Below, in pieces: positions 1 to 8,481 of a stretch of 64,000 nt of DNA. The position numbers were made by a program, and so were the translations under genes. Where the stretch lies: the NCBI GenBank assembly GCA_965116925.1, contig OZ220744.1, forward strand, positions 1,632,001-1,696,000, given 5' to 3'. This DNA comes from Candidatus Poribacteria bacterium. Its GTDB lineage: Bacteria > Poribacteria > WGA-4E > PCPOR2b. The notes below the pieces were generated by a model. That model saw nothing but the letters and a program-made list of their open reading frames with translations. It had not been told where the DNA came from and made no database searches. The first letter of the stretch is position 1. Each line of letters opens with the position of its first letter.

Positions 1-74
1 TCGACAATCTCCGTTTCTGGTTCGGCAATGCTTAACTCCTGCGCCATCCAATCCCTCACCAATGTGTGAATCAT
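1..74 (-). CDS. N-terminus of a probable CBS-domain protein (runs off the left edge)
   Basis: Manual translation gives MIHTLVRDWMAQELSIAEPETEIV ('VRDWM' is a typical CBS start). RBS AAGGAG and a sigma-54 promoter lie upstream. Confidence 0.6.
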   Translation of the reverse strand, partial: MIHTLVRDWMAQELSIAEPETEIV

Positions 75-147
75 TTTGAGGCTCCTTTCTCACTTTTACT
101 TTCGCGTTGAGTCGGTTGAGGTTCCCGACCTTGCTGAACAACAATTG

Positions 148-163
148 TGCAAAAGCAGTGCCA
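148..163 (-). promoter_or_regulatory. Sigma-54 (-24/-12) promoter for the leftward gene
   Basis: Reverse complement reads TGGCACTGCTTTTGCA, matching TGGCAC-N5-TTGCA. Confidence 0.8.
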
Positions 164-347
164 GTTAAGAATGGGGATTACTGAACTTGTATGAGCTGCT
201 CAATTTTCCCATCATTATAACCAGAATATAGCTAAAATGCACGTTAAATTTTTGGTGTTAGTAGCAGATAGCATCAGATGTAGATTTGAAAGGAGATAGC
301 CTATATCTGCCTCTCCTCTCAATTATTTTACGTTGCACGTTCCAAAC

Positions 348-443
348 TGACAAAATGTCGGGTGCCTTCCCGAAAAAATTGTGATTTTTGCCAGAATGTC
401 AAACGAAAGTTGGATAGATTTTGGGTTTTTCGACAAAATGTCA
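348..443. promoter_or_regulatory. Three phased palindromic operator/enhancer sites (TGACA-N3-TGTCA-like)
   Basis: TGACAAAATGTCG (348-360), TGCCAGAATGTCA (389-401) and CGACAAAATGTCA (431-443), spaced 41-42 bp, between two sigma-54 promoters. Confidence 0.65.
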
Positions 444-578
444 ATTTTGGTGGTTTTATTCCTAATTTTTCCTAGTAGATCAAGCGTCAAGTGCAAGCGT
501 GTAAAATGTCATGTAAAACCTTACTGTTATTAGCTTCATCATCATCTTCCCTCCCGCAATTTTATCCGTTCGCTATTA

Positions 579-594
579 TGGCACACCGATTGCA
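579..594 (+). promoter_or_regulatory. Sigma-54 (-24/-12) promoter of the nos operon
   Basis: TGGCACACCGATTGCA about 100 bp upstream of the nosZ ATG. Confidence 0.8.
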
Positions 595-694
595 TATTTC
601 AAGCCGAACCACAGGGCTTCATCATGACAAAGGTCCGGAGCGCAGCTAGAAACGTGCAAGGACATATAACTCTTCACAAAGGAGAAAAATCACC

Positions 695-2689
695 ATGCAA
701 CACACGATTCGGCGACACTCGCTTTCAATGCTAGGACTTGCAATCTTCGGAGTTATTCTATACTTGGGCAGCCACCAGTCTCTACATGCACAACTCCCCG
801 CTGATGCGATGCGTATTGTACAGGAACGCAGTTTAACCCCTGATGATATCAAGGCTGCCTTGGCGACCTATACCCCCACCGGCAGACATGATGAATATGT
901 GATGTTCTCTTCCGGAGGGCACAGTGGTCAGGTCATCGCTGTCGGCCTGCCATCAATGCGTATCCTAAAGGTTATTGCGGTCTTTACGCCCGACCCGTGG
1001 CAAGGTTACGGTTATGGAGTGAAGGATGCACCGTTGGACGCCTCAAGCGAAGGGGTGACCGTTGAGGGACAACCCCTCACTTGGGCAGATACGCACCATC
1101 CTGCATTAAGTGAAACTGCAGGGGACTACGATGGCGAGTATCTGTTTATCAACGATAAAGCCAACGGTCGGATTGCCGTTATTGATTTGAGAGATTTTGA
1201 GACTAAACAGATTGTCAAGAACCCAATCTTCCTCAACGATCACGGCGCGACGATGGTGACTCCAGACACGGAGTATGTGGTGGAAGGTTCACAGTACGCC
1301 ATGCCGTTAGGTAATGAATATGCTCCTATTGCCGATTATAAAGAAAAGTATCGAGGGTTGATAACCTTCTGGAAGTTTGACCGTAGCAAAGGTCGCATTG
1401 TCAAAGATCAGTCGTTTGGAGTAGAACTTCCACCTTACTGGCAGGACCTCGCAGATGCTGGTAAGGTAGCGAGTGATGGCTGGGTGTTTTGTGGTTCATT
1501 TAATTCTGAACTAGCAACCGGCGGCATCGAAAGTGGAAATCCTCCCTTTGAGGCAGGCACGGCTGAACGGGATATGGATTATCTGCATCTTATCAACTGG
1601 CGTAAAGCCGAGGCAGCCTTTAAGGCTGGTAAGGTTGAGAAAATTAAGGGTTTCCCGGTGATTACAATTGAGACTGCGGTGGCGGAAGGTATCCTTTATC
1701 TGACGCCTGAACCCAAAAGTCCGCACGGTGTCGATGTTAGTCCTGGTGGAAAATACATTATTGTTTCAGGCAAACTGGATCCGCATGTCACAGTGTATCA
1801 CATTGACAAGATTAAGAAGGCCATCACCGACAAAGACTATGAAGGTGTAGATGAGTACGGTGTGCCAATCCTACGGTTTGACGCGGTCAAGGAAGCACAG
1901 ATAGAGGTTGGATTGGGACCGCTTCACACTCAATTCGACAATAAAGGATATGCCTATACCAGTCTGTTTCTTGATAGTGCGGTTGCACGGTGGACATTGG
2001 GACCGGATGCGAAATATAAAGCACCAGAGCGTTCATGGCGACTTATCCAGCAGCTACCCGTCCATTACAACATAGGCCATCTAGTGACTGCGGAGGGCGA
2101 TACAGTTGAACCGGATGGGAAGTATCTTGTCGCTCTGAACAAATGGGCGGTAGACCGCTTCCTGAATGTGGGACCATTACTTCCACAGAATCTGCAACTG
2201 GTTGACATAGCCCCAGAAGCCGATGGAATGGGATTGCTCTATGACATGCCGCTCGGTATCGGTGAACCGCACTATGCACAGATTATTAAAGCGGATAAAC
2301 TGAAGGCATGGGAGGTGTATCCTGAAGTTGGCTGGGATACCATTAAACAAGAGAAACATCCGAAAGCAGCACTCAAAGGTTCAATTAATCGGAATGGTGA
2401 CACCGTGGAAGTCTTCATGACCGCTATTCGGAGTCACTACGAACCTGAGATTGTAGAGGTCAACAAGGGTGATCGCGTGATACTAAATCTGACCAATCTT
2501 GAACGCACTTACGATGCGACGCACGGTTTCGCCCTGCCCGGTTATAATATCACCTCAAGCATTGAGGCTGGCGAAACGGTCACGCTCGATTTTGTTGCAG
2601 ATAAGGAAGGGGTCTATTCCTTCTACTGCACCGAGTTCTGTTCAGCACTTCATCTGGAGATGGCAGGATATTTCCTTGTCAAGCCGTGA
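695..2689 (+). CDS. nosZ: Nitrous oxide reductase, clade II (Sec-type)
   Basis: SSGGHSGQ; CuZ His motifs DTHH, NDHG, SPHG, GPLH, IGHL, EPHY; C-terminal CuA FYCTEFCSALHLEM; signal peptide. Confidence 0.97.
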   Translation: MQHTIRRHSLSMLGLAIFGVILYLGSHQSLHAQLPADAMRIVQERSLTPDDIKAALATYTPTGRHDEYVMFSSGGHSGQVIAVGLPSMRILKVIAVFTPDPWQGYGYGVKDAPLDASSEGVTVEGQPLTWADTHHPALSETAGDYDGEYLFINDKANGRIAVIDLRDFETKQIVKNPIFLNDHGATMVTPDTEYVVEGSQYAMPLGNEYAPIADYKEKYRGLITFWKFDRSKGRIVKDQSFGVELPPYWQDLADAGKVASDGWVFCGSFNSELATGGIESGNPPFEAGTAERDMDYLHLINWRKAEAAFKAGKVEKIKGFPVITIETAVAEGILYLTPEPKSPHGVDVSPGGKYIIVSGKLDPHVTVYHIDKIKKAITDKDYEGVDEYGVPILRFDAVKEAQIEVGLGPLHTQFDNKGYAYTSLFLDSAVARWTLGPDAKYKAPERSWRLIQQLPVHYNIGHLVTAEGDTVEPDGKYLVALNKWAVDRFLNVGPLLPQNLQLVDIAPEADGMGLLYDMPLGIGEPHYAQIIKADKLKAWEVYPEVGWDTIKQEKHPKAALKGSINRNGDTVEVFMTAIRSHYEPEIVEVNKGDRVILNLTNLERTYDATHGFALPGYNITSSIEAGETVTLDFVADKEGVYSFYCTEFCSALHLEMAGYFLVKP

Positions 2690-5600
2690 ATGAATCAATG
2701 AACCAATTCTTAAAATTTAAACGCACCCGGCGCGAGTGGCTGGTAAGTGCGCTACTAATTGTTGCTAGTATCCTCCTGCTCGTTTCGTTGCTGTTTCCCT
2801 ACTGGCGGGTAGACCTTGAAGCGGGAATTTATCCGAAAGGATTAGCACTCGAACTTCGTCCCTACCGTCTTGATGGAGATATCAAGGAAATCGATGAACT
2901 GAACCACTACATCGGTATGCGAGAGTTGGAGTCGGCGGGGAAACTGGAGCGCACAATTGCTGTTCCGGCGATCATCATTGCGGGGTTATGCCTGCTGCTT
3001 GCGGCGTTTATTCCCCGCAAATGGTCAATATGGCTGACACTTCCCGGCTTAGTGTTTCCGGTTATTTTTCTAGGTGAGTTGTTCTGGTGGTTGGCGGATA
3101 GCGGACTCAATCTTGATCCAAAGGCACCGCTCAACCAATCAATTAAACCGTTTATCCCACCCATCTTCGGGGAAGGACGGATCGCGCAGTTCAACGCACA
3201 CGCCTTTTTCCAGGTTGGATTCTACCTTGCGCTGCTTGCGGCGGTGCTATCAAGGACAGCATTCTATCTGAAGAGGCCGGGATGGTTGGTCAAAGGGTTG
3301 ATGATTGACGCCTCGGTGTTGTTACTTATTTCACTGTTTTTCCCTTACTGGCGGGTAGATTTTGAGGTGCGAAAATTTCCGAAAGGTGCTATACTTCAAA
3401 TTCGGCCAGACCGTATCGAAGGAAACATCCGAGAAGTGAACAAACTGAACCGCGATATCGGAATGCGGAACATCGAATCGGCAGGTCAATTTGAACGGAA
3501 GATCGCCATTCCGTCTATTTTAATTATGGCATTGGGTTTGTTGGGTTCTGTCTTTGTACCGCGAAAATGGTCATCTTGGCTTGCGACCCCCGCCTTAATC
3601 TTTCCAATCATCTTTGTCGGTGCACTTTTTTGGTGGCTGCGGGATAGCGGTCTCAATCTCGATCCCGAAGTCGCACTCTACCCGGACATCGAACCCTTTA
3701 TCCCTCCTGTTGTTGGCACAGAAACAGTCAAATCGGTCACCACGATCTCGACATTTCAACTTGGGTTTTATCTTACCATTTTGACCGCTTTGCTGTCTAT
3801 CTGTGCACTTATGCTCAAAAGATACCGAGCTTTTCACCCTAAACAAACGGTGATGGGAGTTGTGCTGCTCATATCTTTATTCTCAGCTGCATCAACTTTG
3901 AACGCTGCAACGTTGACCGTTGATGAAAATTCCAGTATTGGCGATACGGTAAAACGTGCCACTCAGGGCGATACAATTGTGGTGCAAGGTGGAGTTCATC
4001 ATGAGCGGTTCATCGTAGATAAATCCGTAACCCTCCGCGGTGAAAATGGAGCAATTATTGACGGAGGTGCGGTTGGTAGTGTCATCACAATCCGTGCGCC
4101 GGCGGTGGTTGTCCGTGGATTCACAATTCGCAACACCGGTGACCGGCTTTCTGAAGGCGATGCCGGTATCATGATCAAAAAGGCAAGAGGAGCAATCATT
4201 GAGGAGAACCGATTTGAAGACGCTCTATTCGGAGTTCAAGTGCGGAATGCACCGGACAGCATTGTCCGAAACAACATCTTCCACGGCAAGGACCTCGATG
4301 TTGGGCGCCGGGGAGATTTGATTCGCGTCTGGTATAGTAGCGGTGCGGTGGTTGAAGATAACCGTGTTTTTGATGGTCGGGATGTTGTCATCTGGTATTC
4401 AAAAAATATCACGGTGCGTAGGAATGAGGTACGCAACGGGCGTTATGGGATTCACTTCATGTATTGCGACGATGCAACGATTGAAGATAATCGCCTGATT
4501 GGTAACTCGGTCGGGGTTTATTTGATGTATAGCTACCGTCTGCGGCTTCAGAAAAATTGGGTGATAGCTAACCGCGGTGCTAGCGGTTACGGGATTGGTC
4601 AGAAAGATATGTATGACGGGCTTATCGCGGACAATTTCGTTGCTGATAATCGGGCGGGAATGTTCATGGATAACTCAACGAACACTTTTCGCAATAACCT
4701 AATCGCTTTTAATGATTTTGGAATGCTTGCACTCCCCTCCGCCCGGAAGAACACCTTTGCTAAGAATAGCTTTGTTGACAATGGCGAACAGGTGGCTATT
4801 GAGGGGCAGGGGCGGCTTGGCACTAACCAATGGGCAGGTAATTACTGGAGTGATTACAGCGGTTATGATGCAGATGGGGATGGCATCGGGGATATGCCGT
4901 ATCAGTCAGTACATCTGTTTGAGAAGCTAACCGAGCAGCATCGCGCGTTACGGATTTTCACCTATAGTCCATCGGTGCAGGCACTCGATTTTGCCTCCCG
5001 ACTCTTTCCTGTTTTTACGCCCCAACCTAAGCTGGTGGATGACACCCCGCGTATGCGTCCTGTGATGCCCGATCTCAAAGCACCGAAAGGAGTGCTTTCA
5101 TCAGCATGGTTGTTGGGTGCTTCGATGTTATTCCTGTCCGCTCTGTCTATTTCTGGACACTTAAAAAAATGGTTAAATCCTATTGCGTCTCGCATTCCAT
5201 CCTTTACTTCTAACTTATCAGATAGGACAAAAGACTCAACATACGAGATGCAACATAAATCATCGGAGACGCAAGCAGTCCCTATCATATCCGTCGATAA
5301 TCTGATCAAACGTTTCGGTAAAACAACCGCAGTGGAACGGTTAAGTTTCGATATATCATCCGGAGAGACGGTAGCGTTATGGGGACCGAACGGTGCAGGT
5401 AAAACAACTGCGCTGCGCTGCTTACTGGGGGTATTGCCTTTTGATGGAACGATAACAGTCGGAGGCAATTCGTCGCGCAGCGAAAGTAAAATGGTTCGCC
5501 AGCAGATTGGTTACGTTCCACAGGAGGTTCGGCTCCACAGTGACTTGACGGTGAAAGAAACAATATCGTTTTACGCCCGCTTGCGACGTGTCTCTGAAGA

Positions 5601-6153
5601 TCGCTGGACAACCCTGATGGCTGAGTGGGATTTAACCGAGATTGCGGACAAACGGGTTGGAGATCTGTCGGGCGGCATGAGGCAGCGATTGGCGCTGGCA
5701 ATTGCCCTGCTGTCAGACCCGCCGATCCTGTTGTTGGACGAACCGACGAGTAATCTGGATGTCCATACCCGTCATGAGTTCTGGATGGCACTTGAAGATC
5801 TCAAGAAAGCCGGCAAGACTTTAATCTTCTGTACCCATAGGCTCGATGAAATTTTCAGACTGGCAGACCGTGTTATTGTGATAGATAGGGGAAAGAAGAT
5901 TGCTGAAGGTCCTCCAACACACCTTAATGGCCATCTATCAAGAGATGTGGTGTTGCACCTGTCGATCCCTGAATCGTTCCATGAAACAGCAGCAGACCTA
6001 CTTGAGGGACAAGGTTTCCCCACTAAATGTAACGGCGTGAAGATCTCAGTACAAGCACCGTATGATAGGAAAGCTGAACCGTTTCAAGTATTAGCGGAAT
6101 CTGCTATCCCGATCGACGATTTTGAATTAGCCGATAATCAAGATGAGGAATAA
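2686..6153 (+). CDS. nosD: Fusion: tandem NosB-like membrane domains + NosD + NosF ABC ATPase
   Basis: Two ~180-aa PYW..(Y/F)PKG..IGM repeats; NosD beta-helix with YGIHFMY and GNYWSDYSGYDADGDGIGD; ABC motifs GPNGAGKT, LSGGMRQR, LLLDEPT. Start may be ATG 2698. Confidence 0.9.
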   Translation: MNESMNQFLKFKRTRREWLVSALLIVASILLLVSLLFPYWRVDLEAGIYPKGLALELRPYRLDGDIKEIDELNHYIGMRELESAGKLERTIAVPAIIIAGLCLLLAAFIPRKWSIWLTLPGLVFPVIFLGELFWWLADSGLNLDPKAPLNQSIKPFIPPIFGEGRIAQFNAHAFFQVGFYLALLAAVLSRTAFYLKRPGWLVKGLMIDASVLLLISLFFPYWRVDFEVRKFPKGAILQIRPDRIEGNIREVNKLNRDIGMRNIESAGQFERKIAIPSILIMALGLLGSVFVPRKWSSWLATPALIFPIIFVGALFWWLRDSGLNLDPEVALYPDIEPFIPPVVGTETVKSVTTISTFQLGFYLTILTALLSICALMLKRYRAFHPKQTVMGVVLLISLFSAASTLNAATLTVDENSSIGDTVKRATQGDTIVVQGGVHHERFIVDKSVTLRGENGAIIDGGAVGSVITIRAPAVVVRGFTIRNTGDRLSEGDAGIMIKKARGAIIEENRFEDALFGVQVRNAPDSIVRNNIFHGKDLDVGRRGDLIRVWYSSGAVVEDNRVFDGRDVVIWYSKNITVRRNEVRNGRYGIHFMYCDDATIEDNRLIGNSVGVYLMYSYRLRLQKNWVIANRGASGYGIGQKDMYDGLIADNFVADNRAGMFMDNSTNTFRNNLIAFNDFGMLALPSARKNTFAKNSFVDNGEQVAIEGQGRLGTNQWAGNYWSDYSGYDADGDGIGDMPYQSVHLFEKLTEQHRALRIFTYSPSVQALDFASRLFPVFTPQPKLVDDTPRMRPVMPDLKAPKGVLSSAWLLGASMLFLSALSISGHLKKWLNPIASRIPSFTSNLSDRTKDSTYEMQHKSSETQAVPIISVDNLIKRFGKTTAVERLSFDISSGETVALWGPNGAGKTTALRCLLGVLPFDGTITVGGNSSRSESKMVRQQIGYVPQEVRLHSDLTVKETISFYARLRRVSEDRWTTLMAEWDLTEIADKRVGDLSGGMRQRLALAIALLSDPPILLLDEPTSNLDVHTRHEFWMALEDLKKAGKTLIFCTHRLDEIFRLADRVIVIDRGKKIAEGPPTHLNGHLSRDVVLHLSIPESFHETAADLLEGQGFPTKCNGVKISVQAPYDRKAEPFQVLAESAIPIDDFELADNQDEE

Positions 6154-6156
6154 ACC

Positions 6157-6993
6157 ATGATTGCTGCAGCTTCTAACATTTCTGTTGTGATGGGTAAAGA
6201 GATACAAGACTCTCGCCGCAACCGATGGTTTCTGCTGTTCACGGTTGTTTTTACTGGATTGGCACTCGGTTTAAGTACACTCGGATTTTCGGGGCTCGGC
6301 ACCTTCGGCGTAGCCGGCTTTGGACGCACGGTTGCTAGTCTCATTAATCTTGTTGTACTGATTGCGCCCCTGATGGGTTTACTGCTCGGCGCTATCAGCA
6401 TATCCGGTGAGCGGGAACGAGGCAGTCTACTTCCGATTCTAGCGCAGCCTGTGACGCCAACAGAAGTGTTGCTCGGAAAGTTTTTCGGAACAGCGGCAGC
6501 ACTCGCTGCAGCGATCCTTTTCGGGTTCGGACTAAGCGGATTTGTGATTGCGTGGCGAGGTGGTTTCGCCCAACTGGACAATTATTTGATGCTGGTCGGG
6601 TTGACTTTGCTGCTCGGTCTTGTTCATCTTAGTATTGGCTTCTGTCTATCTGTCCTCACATCAAAAAGCGCGACAACATTGAGTCTTGCCCTCATCCTCT
6701 GGCTGTCAATTGTGTTTCTCAGCGATCTCGGTCTCATTGGGACAGCAATTGTGCTCAGACTATCACCGGAGGTATTGCTTGCAGCAGTGCTGTTGAACCC
6801 AGCGCAGGTTTTCAAATTGGCGGCAATTCAGATGATACAGGGGAATTTAGAGTTACTCGGCACCGCGGGACGTTATGCTGCGGATGTGTTAGGCGTTTTC
6901 TTACTGCCGGTACTGATGGCATTACTCGTTTTCTGGGTGTTTATCCCACTCGGAATCGCTATTTACATCTTTCCACGAAGGAGTGCACAATGA
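6157..6993 (+). CDS. nosY: ABC-2 type permease NosY
   Basis: KEIQDSRRNRW and ISGERERGSL motifs, multiple TM helices, nos context. Confidence 0.9.
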   Translation: MIAAASNISVVMGKEIQDSRRNRWFLLFTVVFTGLALGLSTLGFSGLGTFGVAGFGRTVASLINLVVLIAPLMGLLLGAISISGERERGSLLPILAQPVTPTEVLLGKFFGTAAALAAAILFGFGLSGFVIAWRGGFAQLDNYLMLVGLTLLLGLVHLSIGFCLSVLTSKSATTLSLALILWLSIVFLSDLGLIGTAIVLRLSPEVLLAAVLLNPAQVFKLAAIQMIQGNLELLGTAGRYAADVLGVFLLPVLMALLVFWVFIPLGIAIYIFPRRSAQ

Positions 6994-7463
6994 AACCAAC
7001 GAAAATGGAAGGAAGGGAAATACTCATTTCAGGTTTCACATATCTTGTGTTTGTCATCGGACTAATCATGACCGGCTGTGGGACGCAAGATAACGGCCCC
7101 CCTCGCATCCGATACGGTGAAGAAACTTGCGATCGATGCCGCATGATTATCAGCGAAAAACGGTTCGCTGCCGCATATCGGACCGAATCCGGTGCACTGC
7201 GAAAGTTCGATGATTTGGGTTGTGCAGTACTCCATCCAAGAGAACAAGAGGAAACGATAGCGCAATTTTGGGGGTATGATTACGAAGAGACCGATTGGTT
7301 GGAGGTAAGACAAGCATTCTTGGTACATAGTTCGGAGCTCTTGACTCCGATGGGATATGGAATTGCTGTTCTTCCAACAGCGGAAAAAGCTACGGCATTA
7401 GCAGAAAAGGTAGGTGGTCGAATCGTGCAATTTGACCAACTTTATCCAATTTTACAACCATAA
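6990..7463 (+). CDS. nosL: NosL copper chaperone lipoprotein
   Basis: Lipobox MTGC; CDRCRM, FDDLGC and TPMGYG motifs. Confidence 0.9.
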   Translation: MKPTKMEGREILISGFTYLVFVIGLIMTGCGTQDNGPPRIRYGEETCDRCRMIISEKRFAAAYRTESGALRKFDDLGCAVLHPREQEETIAQFWGYDYEETDWLEVRQAFLVHSSELLTPMGYGIAVLPTAEKATALAEKVGGRIVQFDQLYPILQP

Positions 7464-7481
7464 ATGAAAGGAGAATAAACG

Positions 7482-8255
7482 ATGTTACTCAAGCGAATCT
7501 TATACATCGGACTGGTATTAATTTCGGTTCTATTCACTGTAACTCTCGTCCAGTTGGGTTGGACGACCGAAGAGAAAAAAGTTGACCCTTCTATATCTCA
7601 AACTGAAGCGACACCTGATACCGCTACCATCATTGGCACGGTGAAATTTGAAGGGGAGGCCCCTTTTCGGCGTGCAATTAATTTCGGTGCCAATTTGGAT
7701 TGTAAACATCTACACGATGGCAAAGTCCATTACGAGGATGTCGTCATCAATCAGAATGATACCCTCAAGGATACGCTTGTTTATGTCAGAGGAAAACCGA
7801 AGGGAGACCATAAGCCATCGACAAAACCTATTGTGGTCGATCAGGTAGGTTGTATCTTTATTCCACACGTTGCAGCGGTGATGGTGGGTCAGCCGATGGA
7901 ATTTCTTAATAGCGATCCGGCACTTCACAATATTCGAACTGAATCGAAAAAACAGCGACCATTTAATATCTCCCAGCCGAATAAAGGCATGAAATACACG
8001 CACCAATTTGAGGCAGCTGAAATAGGGATTCCGCTCCGGTGCGATGTTCATCACTGGATGGTCGCTTACGCGCATGTCTTGTCGCATCCGTTCTATGCCG
8101 TTACTGGCGAGAAAGGCACTTTTAAGATTCAGGGCCTTGCGCCGCGTACTTACAACATTGAGGCGTGGCACAGTAAGTTAGGAGCACAGAAACAGAAGAT
8201 TACGTTGGCAGCGGGGGAAACTAAGACGGTGGATTTTGTATTTACTAGCGAGTGA
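7482..8255 (+). CDS. Exported cupredoxin-like / carboxypeptidase-regulatory-like domain protein
   Basis: N-terminal TM/signal; DQVGCIFIPHV, NSDPALHN and CDVHHWM motifs. Confidence 0.7.
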   Translation: MLLKRILYIGLVLISVLFTVTLVQLGWTTEEKKVDPSISQTEATPDTATIIGTVKFEGEAPFRRAINFGANLDCKHLHDGKVHYEDVVINQNDTLKDTLVYVRGKPKGDHKPSTKPIVVDQVGCIFIPHVAAVMVGQPMEFLNSDPALHNIRTESKKQRPFNISQPNKGMKYTHQFEAAEIGIPLRCDVHHWMVAYAHVLSHPFYAVTGEKGTFKIQGLAPRTYNIEAWHSKLGAQKQKITLAAGETKTVDFVFTSE

Positions 8256-8388
8256 CAGGAAACAGAAAACGAGAAGACGGGAAAGCGGGAGAACGAGAAG
8301 ATTTTTACCGCAGAGGTAGGGAGGCCACAGAGGAAGAAAAGAGAGTGAGCAGAGAAACCCCAAAGGCTCATGTTAAGATTTAGTGCAA

Positions 8389-8464
8389 AGAAACCGAGTT
8401 TGACCCCCTGACAAGGGGGCAGCGAAGGGGAGCTTCGCAGGGGGGTTAAAAAAACTCGGTTTCT
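8389..8464. repeat. Inverted-repeat element (AGAAACCGAGTTT arms); likely bidirectional terminator
   Basis: 13-bp perfect IR enclosing a CCCCCTGACAAGGGGG motif also seen inverted near 43860 and 49955. The same arm recurs at 50934. Lies between convergent genes. Confidence 0.65.
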
Positions 8465-8481
8465 GTTGTACTTTACATTGG

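Noticed and set aside
695..790. Twin-arginine (IRRHSL) in the NosZ leader suggesting Tat export / clade I
   Set aside because: It lacks the RRxFLK consensus. The leader is short with an LHA-Q cleavage site, and the nosB-like neighbour and absence of nosR fit clade II.
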